DNA from: Leifsonia sp.
GTDB lineage: Bacteria > Actinomycetota > Actinomycetes > Actinomycetales > Microbacteriaceae
Length of the DNA stretch: 24,000 nt
NCBI GenBank assembly: GCA_035999915.1
Contig: DASYGJ010000358.1
Coordinates: forward strand, 6,050-30,049
Reading direction: 5' to 3'
The translations under genes and the position numbers were made by a program. Of this stretch, positions 1 to 8,076 are shown piece after piece (positions within the stretch are counted from its first letter, which is position 1; every line of letters starts with the position of its first letter). A model generated the notes under the pieces. That model did no database searches. It worked only from the letters and a program-made list of their open reading frames with translations, and was not told where the DNA came from.

Positions 1-607
1 GGATGTCGTTCGGGATGCGGCCCCGGCTGGGCTTGAGGCCGACGAGGCCGGTGGCCGCCGCGGGGACGCGGATGGACCCGCCGCCGTCGGAGGCGTTGGC
101 GATCGGGACGATGTCCGCCGCGACCGCCGCCGACGCGCCGCCTGACGACCCGCCCGACGTGTAGTCGAGATCCCAGGGGTTCCGGGTCTTACCGTGCCGC
201 GCGTTCTCCGTCGCCGTCAGAGCACCGAACTCGGGGCTGTTCGAACGACCGAAGAGGACGAAGCCCGCGGTCTCGAGCAGGTCGACCGTGACCTCGTTCG
301 CCTCAGCCGGCCGCTCGGCCACCGAGAGCGATGAGTAGGTGAGCGGCTGCCCCCGCACACCGACCAGGTCCTTGATGGGCATCGGGACGCCCTCGAACGG
401 CCGCGACGTGTCGCCGCTGCGGAGCCGTGCGTCTGATTCGCGAGCCCGCCGCAGGACGTCCTCCCGGTCGATCCACACGATGGCGTTGACGGCCGGGTTC
501 GCCGCGTCCATCCGGCCGAAGTAGTGCTCGGCCACCTCCACGGCCGAGATCTCCCCGACGCGGATGCTGCGAGCGAGCTCGGTCGCTGAGATGTAGGACG
601 GGATCAT
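1..607 (-). CDS. Amidase (amidase-signature family), N-terminal ~202 codons; gene continues past the left edge of the window
   Basis: Absent from the ORF track because it runs off the window. My reverse-strand translation from ATG (607-605) reads [49 protein letters not shown]...[13 protein letters not shown]...[42 protein letters not shown]. It has the PxxxKD catalytic-Lys context and the GGSSGG...GGSIR amidase signature. SD GAAGGAGG (rc of 611-618) lies a few nt upstream of the ATG. Confidence 0.85.
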   Translation of the reverse strand, partial: MIPSYISATELARSIRVGEISAVEVAEHYFGRMDAANPAVNAIVWIDREDVLRRARESDARLRSGDTSRPFEGVPMPIKDLVGVRGQPLTYSSLSVAERPAEANEVTVDLLETAGFVLFGRSNSPEFGALTATENARHGKTRNPWDLDYTSGGSSGGASAAVAADIVPIANASDGGGSIRVPAAATGLVGLKPSRGRIPNDI

Positions 608-630
608 GTTGCCTCCTTCAGGCGGGTAGG

Positions 631-2187
631 TCAGTTAGCGATGCGGTAGATGGGGTCGTCCAGAGCGCCGCCGAGCATCTGGACTGTGAAGCCAGGCCGA
701 GACGCGTAGATGAACGCGTCGTTGAGCAGCGGGAGCGTGTCCGACCGGCTGACGAGTGACTGGACCGCGTCGTTGAGCGCGGTGCAGCGCTTCGTGGCTT
801 CTGCCTCGGCGTTCGCGTTTGCCAGCGCTTGGTCCGCGGCGGCGTTGCTCACAGCCCCGTAGTTCGTGCCACCGGCGTCCAGGGTGGGCCCGGTGAGGTT
901 GAGCAGCGGGCTGGCGAGTGAGCCGATGAAGTTGAGGTCGGCGAAGACCGTGAGGTCCCAGTCGCCCGGCTTCGTCACCACGGTGGTGATCCATGAGCCG
1001 ACATCGGTGTTGCTCAGCTGGACCGTGGCGCCGGCCGCGCGCAGCGCCTCGGCTACATACTCGTTGCCGGCGCCCGCGGGGCCGACGATGGTCGGGGCGA
1101 CGAGACGGATGGTCTTGCCGGCCAGTGCCGTCTTCGCCGCGGCGACGTCCTGCTTCGGGATGTCGATGTGCGAACCCGGCACGCAGGTCGTCTCGGGTGC
1201 GGCCAGCGAGGTGAGTACCACGCCGGTCTTCTGCGAGGTCACCTTGCCGAACATCGCGCGATCGATCGCCTCCATGACGCCCTTACGCGTTGCTTCATCG
1301 GTGAACGGGCTGCCGCTGCGCTCGTTGAAGACGAGGTAGCTGTCCGAGAAGTGGTTCACGGTGACCCCGTAGCCCGACTGGCCCTTGAAGCGATCCATCG
1401 TGGTGGCCTGGATCTTCCCGATGTCGAGCTGGCCGCCCAGGATCAGGTTCGCCGTGGCGGTGGAGTCGGGCGAGACCGTGTAGACAAGGTCCTTGGCGGG
1501 CTTGCCCGAGATCTTCGTGGACCACTCCGGCCAGCTCTTGTAGTCGGACCGCAGGGTGTATTCGTAGCGGACGCCCGGCGCGAACGACTTCAGCACGTAC
1601 GGTCCGGATTCCGCGCCCTTCACCGACCCCTTGCCGAGGGCGGTCGGGTTCGCGAGGCCGGCGGGGCAGATGATGCCGCTGCTGGCGACGGACATGGCGT
1701 CGACGAGGTAGGGCCACGGGTTCGTCAGCTGGACGGTGACCGTGCCGGCGGAGTCGTCGGCGGTGATAGTGGGCGTGTTGCCGGGGCCGAACGTGTAGAC
1801 GACCTGTGTCGACCCGCTGTTGGGCCGTGCGAAGTACTCGAGGGAGTTCTTGACGATGGTCGGGGTGATCTTCGTGCCGTCCGAACAGGTGGCTCCGGGT
1901 CGGATCGTGAAGGTGGCCTTCGTCGGCGTGGACGTCCACTTGGTGGCCAGGCCGGGAACCAGACCTCCCTTGTCGCGCCGGACCAGGGTGTCGTACGACG
2001 CCCGTGCGAGGAGGAAGTCCGGCAGCGACGTCGTGAGCGTCGGGTCGAACGTCGCGGGTATGTCGATGGTGGTGCGGATGGTGTCCGTGATCGGCGAAGC
2101 CGATGTGCTGGTCGTCGTGCAGCCGGACGCCGCAAGGGCGATAGTGACTCCGACTGCCGCGGCCGCTAGGCCGTGTCGCTTCTTCAT
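631..2187 (-). CDS. ABC-transporter substrate-binding lipoprotein, solute-binding family 5 (peptide/nickel/opine type)
   Basis: 518-aa ORF with N-terminal signal peptide and lipobox (MKKRHGLAAAAVGVTIALAASGC, Cys23). Length and overall sequence character fit DppA/OppA-like family-5 binding proteins. The stop lies 23 nt upstream of the amidase start at 607, so they are probably co-transcribed. Confidence 0.85.
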   Translation of the reverse strand: MKKRHGLAAAAVGVTIALAASGCTTTSTSASPITDTIRTTIDIPATFDPTLTTSLPDFLLARASYDTLVRRDKGGLVPGLATKWTSTPTKATFTIRPGATCSDGTKITPTIVKNSLEYFARPNSGSTQVVYTFGPGNTPTITADDSAGTVTVQLTNPWPYLVDAMSVASSGIICPAGLANPTALGKGSVKGAESGPYVLKSFAPGVRYEYTLRSDYKSWPEWSTKISGKPAKDLVYTVSPDSTATANLILGGQLDIGKIQATTMDRFKGQSGYGVTVNHFSDSYLVFNERSGSPFTDEATRKGVMEAIDRAMFGKVTSQKTGVVLTSLAAPETTCVPGSHIDIPKQDVAAAKTALAGKTIRLVAPTIVGPAGAGNEYVAEALRAAGATVQLSNTDVGSWITTVVTKPGDWDLTVFADLNFIGSLASPLLNLTGPTLDAGGTNYGAVSNAAADQALANANAEAEATKRCTALNDAVQSLVSRSDTLPLLNDAFIYASRPGFTVQMLGGALDDPIYRIAN

Positions 2188-2217
2188 AGTGTGCCTCTCG
2201 AATCGGGTGATGCAGGT

Positions 2218-2631
2218 CTAGTTGGGGACTTCGTAGACGTCGATGGTCGTGTCGTTCGGGTTGGAGTGGGCCCGTCCGACGAAGACGGACCGGGTGAGCC
2301 AGCTCAGCGTATGGGCGACGGTCCGGAAGCGCGGGGTGGTGAGGAAGTAGTCGTCGGCGTCGCGCACGACGCCGACGTTGACGACGTCGATGACGTCGCC
2401 GTCGGCGGTCCGGATGAGGTAACGCGCCTCCACCTCGAAGGTGCCGTCCGGGCGCACGAGGCACCAGTCGCCGCCGCCGGGGATGATCGCGCCCTCGATG
2501 TCGCCGGTCACGGGCCCGCCCGTGATCGGGATGTACTCCAGGGTCTCGTCGCCCCGGTGCTCGAGCGGGATGCCCGGATCGACCAGAGCGGTGATCCGGA
2601 ACCTGTAGCGCAGAGCGGGAGCAGCATCCAT
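2218..2631 (-). CDS. DUF3237 family protein (UPF0311-like beta-barrel)
   Basis: Sequence ...LEYIPITGGPVTGDIEGAIIPGGGDWCLVRPDGTFEVEARYLIRTADGDVIDVVNVGV... matches the DUF3237 pattern (GG.f.G..l.G.v.pgGaDw...r.DG...darY.l.t.DG). I prefer the ATG at 2631 (MDAAPALRYR), preceded by GGAGG (rc of 2636-2640), over the track start at 2730. Confidence 0.8.
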   Translation of the reverse strand: MDAAPALRYRFRITALVDPGIPLEHRGDETLEYIPITGGPVTGDIEGAIIPGGGDWCLVRPDGTFEVEARYLIRTADGDVIDVVNVGVVRDADDYFLTTPRFRTVAHTLSWLTRSVFVGRAHSNPNDTTIDVYEVPN

Positions 2632-2897
2632 CGGGGCCTCCGAGTGATCAAGGTTCGCGCTTCGTCGCGCGGTTGCCTCAGTATGGCCATAGTGGATGAG
2701 ATAGTCAATAGCATTCACTAAATGATCCATGTCGTGCTATACAGGTCCAGAGGACATGGCGTCGCGGAGTGAGGGTGGATCATGGGTGATCACGGTCGAG
2801 GGCCGGGGATGGTCGGCGTTTACGCGTCGTACTGGCCCGGCCGGCTCTTGGCGATCGAAGTCTCAACATCTGTCGGCGAGAATTCGGGACTTCGAGC

Positions 2898-3578
2898 ATG
2901 ACTCAGGCCGCCCATACCCGACGCAAGCGTGGATCGCTCAGCCGCGATGAGATCGTCGCGGCGGCCCTCCGGCTGATGGACGCGGAAGGCGAATCCGCCC
3001 TCACCTTTGCACGGCTTGGGGAGGAGCTGCAGTCGTCGCCTACCGCGGTGTACCGCCACTTCACAAGTCGCAACGAGCTCTTGGAGGCGCTTGGGGATCA
3101 CTTGGATGGGATCTCGCTCGAAGGCTACGAACCGACCGACGACTGGCGCGCCGATCTGACGGACCTGGCTTGGCGGGCGTGGAGAACGGCCGCTGCCCAT
3201 CCCGCAGCGGCGGCGTTGACGTTCACTCTGGTGGCGAACGGAACCAATGAGCTCCGCGCGGTCGAGTGGATACTGCGTGCTTTGTCGGTCGTGGGCCTGC
3301 GCGGCCGTAGGGCGGTGATCCAGTATCAGGCGTACGCGACGATGGTGCTCGGTGCGGCCGCTTCCTACGGTGCGCGGCTGGCGAACTCGGGCTCGCGCGA
3401 AGTGGCGGACGGCTGGATCCAGGTCTACGCGCCGACCGACCCGTCTCTCTACCCGCACGCGGAGGCCGCCAAGGCCGACCTGGCCTTCATCAACTACGAA
3501 GAGGTCTTCGAGGTTCAGCTTGAGATGTACCTGACGGCGCTGGACCTCGCGGTCGCACAGAGTGACGGAGTCGCTTGA
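2898..3578 (+). CDS. TetR family transcriptional regulator
   Basis: N-terminal HTH LSRDEIVAAALRLMDAEGESALTFARLGEELQSSPTAVYRHFTSRNELLEAL is a classic TetR_N pattern. 226 aa; divergent from the DUF3237 operon across a 266-bp spacer. Confidence 0.9.
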   Translation: MTQAAHTRRKRGSLSRDEIVAAALRLMDAEGESALTFARLGEELQSSPTAVYRHFTSRNELLEALGDHLDGISLEGYEPTDDWRADLTDLAWRAWRTAAAHPAAAALTFTLVANGTNELRAVEWILRALSVVGLRGRRAVIQYQAYATMVLGAAASYGARLANSGSREVADGWIQVYAPTDPSLYPHAEAAKADLAFINYEEVFEVQLEMYLTALDLAVAQSDGVA

Positions 3579-3587
3579 GGTCACGCC

Positions 3588-3707
3588 TCATTCCTGCCGG
3601 CCGCCATCTTGGTCACGCGCGACGATCACGAGCCGCACGGGCCCGTCCTTGAACTCGGCGGATACTTCCTCAACTTCGGCGTGCTCCTGATCCTGTTGGG
3701 ACGTCAT
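3588..3707 (-). pseudogene. Possible remnant of an IS3-family OrfA N-terminus (tentative)
   Basis: 39-codon ORF MTSQQDQEHAEVEEVSAEFKDGPVRLVIVARDQDGGRQE*. The S-x-E-F-K-x-x-x-V-x-L-V stretch resembles the conserved start of IS3 OrfA (for example FSAEFKRESAQLV in IS911). No HTH or later domains follow. The match is a short motif only. Confidence 0.3.
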
Positions 3708-3739
3708 CAGGCTGTACCAGACTCGGGGCACAACAGCCG

Positions 3740-4126
3740 ATGAACGTGCGTAGGCTCAGTGGAGTGACCTATATCTCCATCCTCCCCAAGAATGAGAACG
3801 CCGAGTCGCGGATGACTGAGAACCGCGACGCCCTCATGGACCTGCTGTTCATTGCCGCTAAAGAAGTTCTGGAGATTCCCGACAACGACATCATCGTGGA
3901 GTTGAACCGGTGCACCACGATCTCTTTCAATCGGTCGGCAGTGGACGCGGCGGTGGCACCCGACGTAGTCCTCACGTTCGCCACCAGCGATGGTTACCTC
4001 CAGCCTCGATTCCAGACTCTCAGCGACCGGGTGGTGAGCGACTGGAACGGCCGGTTCGGAGACATCAAGCTGGAAGTGTGGATAAGCCTGATCGACGCAG
4101 CGGGAACCAACATCGAGTTGTCATGA
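3740..4126 (+). CDS. Hypothetical protein (orphan, lower-GC)
   Basis: 128-aa ORF (ATG 3740; alternative GTG 3764) in a stretch visibly less GC-rich than its neighbours. I cannot assign any motif with confidence. There is a weak by-eye resemblance to tautomerase-superfamily proteins, but no N-terminal Pro. The stop codon (4124-4126) lies 17 nt upstream of the IS3-like remnant that starts at 4144. Confidence 0.55.
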   Translation: MNVRRLSGVTYISILPKNENAESRMTENRDALMDLLFIAAKEVLEIPDNDIIVELNRCTTISFNRSAVDAAVAPDVVLTFATSDGYLQPRFQTLSDRVVSDWNGRFGDIKLEVWISLIDAAGTNIELS

Positions 4127-4143
4127 GCTCACGAGGAACGGCC

Positions 4144-4269
4144 ATGGGCTATCTCAGCCCGATCGAGTTCGAAGCCTTTCGCACGGCCGCCGAGATCGCG
4201 GCATGCTCAACACAACAACCGCGTCCGGAGAACCGGGTCAGGCTCCCAAACGCTGAAACCGCGGGTTGA
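4144..4269 (+). pseudogene. Remnant of an IS3-family transposase (OrfB) C-terminus
   Basis: Translation MGYLSPIEFEAFRTAAEIAACSTQQPRPENRVRLPNAETAG* carries the (L)GYLSP(A/I)EFE motif that closes the integrase-core domain of IS3-family transposases. Nothing upstream in this frame resembles a DDE domain. Confidence 0.5.
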
Positions 4270-4404
4270 CGAGATACGGAAGCTTCATAGAAGAAGCGCA
4301 GGGAGCGTAGCGACGTCACGGCGCCACTCGCGCGTACGCCAAAGCACGCTGCTCATCGCTCCGGCTACCCTGGGCCTTTCACCTCGCTTGGTGTGCCGAC
4401 GTCA

Positions 4405-5343
4405 TCACAGGCTTTTCAGTACACGGGTGCGGTCTTTGCGCCACCGACTCGCGAACGGAGAGTCGAGCGCCATCGAGTCATAGGCATGAGGGGCTCCGGG
4501 ATGGACGTGCAGCTCGGTCTGCACACCCGCCTGCAGGAGCCGGCAGGCGTAGCGGATATCTTCATCTCTGAAGAGGTCGACGGCCCCGACTTCGATATAC
4601 GCGGGCGCGAGACCGGCGAAGTTGTCGAGCCGGGCAGGAGCGGCGGATGCGGGGACGCCGGCAGTCGCGATCGCATCCCCGAGCAGGGCGTGCCAGCCGG
4701 TGTAGTTGTCTTCGTGCGTCCACGTGACGAGCCGGCCGAGGGACGGATCCTCCTGGGTGGTGCGGTCGTCGAGCATGGGGAAGATGAGGATCTGCTGCGC
4801 GATTTCGATGCCCTCGTCGCGCGCGAGTATGGCTGTCGCGGCGGCCACACCCCCGCCCGCGGAGTCCCCCATCACGCCCACGCGTCCCGCGTCGACACCG
4901 AGTTCCTCGGCGTGTTCGCGAAGCCATCGCAACGCCGCTGTGGCGTCGCGCGCGGGCGTGTCGCCCGTCGCCTCGGGTGCCAGGCGATAGTCGAGGGACA
5001 GCATCGGCACCCCCGACCAATGCACATGTTGGGCGACGTAGGGATCATAGATCTTCACTGAGCCAGCGATGAGTCCGCCGCCGTGAAGAAAGAGGGCTGC
5101 AGAGCCAGGACTCGACCCCCGTTTCGTGTACCAGCGGGCGAGGAGGGTCGCCCCGTCATCGGCCGAGACGGTGATATCGCGACGTGAGACGTCGGGGATC
5201 GGCGAGATCCGGCGTGACTCTTCGAGGAGTATCGGATCGAGCGCGGCCCGAAGACCGAGCGCGTCACCTCGCGCGATCTCCGGGAGATGGGCGGCGGCGT
5301 CGTCCAGGGCCTGCGTGAAGATCTGATCGGGTCTGATGGGCAT
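4405..5343 (-). CDS. Alpha/beta hydrolase, hormone-sensitive-lipase-type esterase/deacetylase
   Basis: 312 aa with the oxyanion motif FLHGGGLIAGS, nucleophile elbow GDSAGGG and C-terminal HVHPGAPHAYD. SD AAGGAGGG (rc of 5348-5355). Confidence 0.9.
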   Translation of the reverse strand: MPIRPDQIFTQALDDAAAHLPEIARGDALGLRAALDPILLEESRRISPIPDVSRRDITVSADDGATLLARWYTKRGSSPGSAALFLHGGGLIAGSVKIYDPYVAQHVHWSGVPMLSLDYRLAPEATGDTPARDATAALRWLREHAEELGVDAGRVGVMGDSAGGGVAAATAILARDEGIEIAQQILIFPMLDDRTTQEDPSLGRLVTWTHEDNYTGWHALLGDAIATAGVPASAAPARLDNFAGLAPAYIEVGAVDLFRDEDIRYACRLLQAGVQTELHVHPGAPHAYDSMALDSPFASRWRKDRTRVLKSL

Positions 5344-5422
5344 GAACCCTCCTTAGGGCGGCAGGGCGGCGAAGCAGCGTCGAGAGCAGGGGTTTCGAGT
5401 GCGCTGACCGTAGTTTTGACGA

Positions 5423-5437
5423 GGTTCTGGAAGAACC
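5423..5437. promoter_or_regulatory. 15-bp palindrome GGTTCTggaAGAACC, candidate operator upstream of the esterase gene
   Basis: Perfect 6-bp arms with a 3-nt centre, about 80 nt upstream of the esterase start, inside a 427-bp gap that has no convincing ORF. Confidence 0.25.
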
Positions 5438-5770
5438 GCCTGAACGTGGCGGCGGCATCTGTACAGCTTCGATCGCATTCTGCCCGCAGCCCTGGTGGTT
5501 CGGCCTCAGGCGTCAGGTCTTGCATGACGTGTGCTAAGCCCTCAAGAGGAAGCCGATGCACGACGGAGGAGGGATTGTCCTCGCCGCGCGTCACGGATCG
5601 TGTGGCGGCTGTGAATGATTGGTGAGCACGTCTTCAGGTCCACAAGAAAAAACATGCACCGTTTGTTAGTCGATGGCTACGCAGAATCTCACGGTCACGC
5701 TTCGGTGCCTCGCCCGGGCTCTTGAGAGTTGAGTTCGACGGCTGCACCGTGAGTTGGTCGCGCCACAGGA

Positions 5771-7222
5771 TCACTCGGCGTCGGCGTCGGCGTCGGCGTC
5801 GGCTTCGGCGTCGGCGTCGAGGAGGAACCGGTCGATGCCGCGCGAGCGGAGGTAGGCGAAGTAGTAGGCGTAACCGGCGACGACGATCCCGCCTGCGATG
5901 CTCAGGCTTACCCATTGGGTCGGATCGAGCACGCCTAGGATGAGCACACTTGCGATGACCACGAGAGCGACGAGGGCTGGGAGCGGCCACCAGGGCATGC
6001 GGTACAGGTCGGCCGGTTGGTCGTCTCGTCTCTGGCGTCGCACGGCGATGGCTGCCAGAGCGATGAAGGCGAATCCGGTGACGACGGTGGAGCCTGTGGC
6101 GTTGACGAGGACGGTCATCGGAATCAGGCAGGCGAGTCCGGAGAGGACCCCCATGACAATGGTCGCAACCCGCGGCATGTGGGCTACACCCGATACACGG
6201 GCGAGGGGCTTGGCGAGGAAGTCGGGAAGGGCATGATCACGAGCGGCGACGAAGAGAAGGCGCCCGGCCTGGAGGCTGAGGGCGATGTTGGCGTTGAGGA
6301 TGGCCAGCGCCATCGAGAGCAGCACGAAGACGGAGACAGCGTGGCCCGCGCGTTGCTCGAGGAACGCCTCCACCGGCAGGTTCGCGCCGACCAGACCCTT
6401 GATGGAGTTGGCGCCGAGCATCACGAAGATCAGCGGAACGGTCTCGACGATAACTGTGATGATGGCGGAGTAGATCACGGCTCTGGCTACGTTGCGACGG
6501 GGACGGATCGTCTCTTCCGCGAAGTACACCGCGCCGCCGTATCCGTACTGTGCGAAGACGCCCTGCGTGACCACCAGGACCAGCCCTGCTACGCCGATGG
6601 GCGCGAGAGCTCCGCTGGAGTTCAGAGCCTCCGGATTCAGAAGATCGGTGAGGGGGCGTTCGATGTGCACTGCGCCCAGGAACGTCAGCAATGCGATGGC
6701 GGCCATCTCCACGAAAAGGAAGGTGCCCGTCACCCAGGCGTTTGTCCGGATGTTCAGGCACGAGACGAACGTGGCGATCAGCGTGACCACCAACGCGGTG
6801 GCGATGGGGTCAAGTCCGGCGAACGTCACACCGAGGTAGTCCGACACGCCGAGGGCGAAGATCGCTTGCGACAGCGGCAGGCCGATGAGTCCGAGTACGA
6901 ACACGGCGGATCCGGACGCGGGACCTAGCGTGCGGCTCACCAGCGCATAGTCCCCGCCCGCGATCGGATGGCGCGAGCCCAGCTCTGCGTAGCACAACGC
7001 GACGAGAAGGCTGATGACGCCGGCGATCAGGAATCCCCAGAAGACTCCGGTGCCGTAGGAAGACAGTGCCGCCCCTCCGAGGATGAAGACGCTGGCCGCG
7101 GGAGAGATCGACGACAATGTGAGGAGGACGTTGCCGCCGACCCCGAGTGTGCGAGCGAGCTTCTGGACGGGCCCGACCGCCTCGGCTGCTAAGGCAGTTT
7201 GAGGGTATTGGTATTCGGACAT
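5771..7222 (-). CDS. APC-superfamily amino acid/polyamine permease with an acidic (Asp-Ala)n C-terminal tail
   Basis: 483 aa, about 12 hydrophobic segments, APC hallmark ...LCYAELGSRHPIAGGDYALVSRTLG.... It is the last gene of the 14060->5771 operon. SD AAGGAAG upstream of ATG 7222. Confidence 0.9.
   Translation of the reverse strand: MSEYQYPQTALAAEAVGPVQKLARTLGVGGNVLLTLSSISPAASVFILGGAALSSYGTGVFWGFLIAGVISLLVALCYAELGSRHPIAGGDYALVSRTLGPASGSAVFVLGLIGLPLSQAIFALGVSDYLGVTFAGLDPIATALVVTLIATFVSCLNIRTNAWVTGTFLFVEMAAIALLTFLGAVHIERPLTDLLNPEALNSSGALAPIGVAGLVLVVTQGVFAQYGYGGAVYFAEETIRPRRNVARAVIYSAIITVIVETVPLIFVMLGANSIKGLVGANLPVEAFLEQRAGHAVSVFVLLSMALAILNANIALSLQAGRLLFVAARDHALPDFLAKPLARVSGVAHMPRVATIVMGVLSGLACLIPMTVLVNATGSTVVTGFAFIALAAIAVRRQRRDDQPADLYRMPWWPLPALVALVVIASVLILGVLDPTQWVSLSIAGGIVVAGYAYYFAYLRSRGIDRFLLDADAEADADADADAE
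5777..5818. repeat. Tandem hexanucleotide repeat (GGCGTC)x7, one unit GGCTTC
   Basis: Read directly: seven consecutive 6-nt units at 5777-5818. They encode the permease tail DADAEADADADADAE on the minus strand and generate poly-Arg shadow ORFs in other frames. Confidence 0.9.
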
Positions 7223-7255
7223 GACGCAACCTGCTTCCTTGAAGGTGGTGAGGGG

Positions 7256-7273
7256 GAGTTGGATGAGTTGGAT
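7256..7273. repeat. Tandem 9-bp repeat (GAGTTGGAT)x2 in the SDR-permease intercistronic spacer
   Basis: Read directly at 7256-7264 and 7265-7273, between the SDR stop (7291) and the permease start (7222). Confidence 0.8.
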
Positions 7274-7290
7274 GTGGAGAACGCTGCGGC

Positions 7291-8070
7291 TCAGAGGCCT
7301 CGTTCCTCATTGATGGAGTTTGCGCCGTCAACAACGATGAGTTGCCCGGTAATGTACGAGGCCTCGTTGCTCGCCAGAAAGGCGATGGCTGCGGCGACCT
7401 CGCCGGGGGTGCCTGATCGGCCGACCGGCGTCGCGCGGCCCATGTCGAGCTCGTGCTCGCTGGAGGACGAGGTTGCGATCCACCCGGGTGCCACGGCGTT
7501 GACCGTTATGCCGGAGGTCGCCACATCGAGCGCAGAGGCACGCGTGAGGCCCAACATCCCGGCCTTGGCAGCGTGGTAGGCGACGTCCCCGGTGTAGGCC
7601 ATCACGGGACCGGAGATGGATGCGACGTTGACGATGCGACCATATCCGTCGACGCGCATTCCAGGGAGGACGGCACGTGTCATGCGCAGCGCAGTGGTGA
7701 GGTTGCGCTCAATCGACAGGCGCCACTGTTCGACAGATATTTCGTCGATGGACGCAGGGCTGTCCGGACTCGACAGGGATGTCATCCCGGCGTTGTTGAT
7801 CAGGACGGTCGGAGCTCCGAAGGTCTGGGTGGCGGTCGTGACGAGGTTGTCCACGTCACGTTGCACGGTGAGGTCGGCGACGATACCGGATGCTTCGATT
7901 CCCGCTTCGCGCAGCTCTGCCGCTCGCTCGTGGATACGGCCGGTGGTGGAGGTGACGATGACCCGCATTCCGTTTCGGCCGAGGTGGCGCGCAGCAGCCA
8001 TGCCGATGCCTTCAGCGCTCCCTGCGCCGGTGACGATGGCTACGTCGTTGGATTGTTCTGACATGATCAT
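7291..8070 (-). CDS. SDR family oxidoreductase (FabG-like)
   Basis: Cofactor motif VAIVTGAGSAEGIG and catalytic YHAAK (YxxxK) with upstream NVASISG. The second ATG at 8064 has better spacing from AAGAAGGA (rc of 8071-8078) and may be the true start. Confidence 0.9.
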   Translation of the reverse strand: MIMSEQSNDVAIVTGAGSAEGIGMAAARHLGRNGMRVIVTSTTGRIHERAAELREAGIEASGIVADLTVQRDVDNLVTTATQTFGAPTVLINNAGMTSLSSPDSPASIDEISVEQWRLSIERNLTTALRMTRAVLPGMRVDGYGRIVNVASISGPVMAYTGDVAYHAAKAGMLGLTRASALDVATSGITVNAVAPGWIATSSSSEHELDMGRATPVGRSGTPGEVAAAIAFLASNEASYITGQLIVVDGANSINEERGL

Positions 8071-8076
8071 TCCTTC

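Noticed and set aside
866-2721. Several long plus-strand or alternative-frame ORFs (for example 1168-2169 at 333 aa, 1295-2464 at 389 aa, 2173-2721 at 182 aa) overlapping the binding-protein and DUF3237 genes
   Set aside because: They are Arg/Gly/Pro/His-rich low-complexity translations with no family motifs, lying antisense or out of frame to genes with clear motifs. These are typical shadow ORFs of high-GC DNA.
2632-2730. N-terminal extensions proposed by the ORF track (2632-2730, 12001-12123, 18705-18722, 21984-22091, 14760-14801)
   Set aside because: The extended parts are non-conserved-looking, and they overlap upstream genes or lack an SD. Internal starts have good SD spacing and begin exactly where family similarity begins.
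4298-4318. Shared 11-mer CGCAGGGAGCG at about 4300 and about 23887
   Set aside because: Dozens of exact 11-mer pairs are expected by chance in 24 kb, and the flanks do not extend the match convincingly.
5556-5618. 20-codon sORF MHDGGGIVLAARHGSCGGCE with a good SD (AGAGGAAG) in the 5344-5770 gap
   Set aside because: It is too short, with no conservation information and no recognisable peptide class. It could easily be chance in GC-rich DNA.
5634-5990. Poly-Arg ORFs (5634-5990 minus, 5722-5943 plus)
   Set aside because: They are out-of-frame artefacts of the GGCGTC hexanucleotide repeat and of the permease coding sequence.
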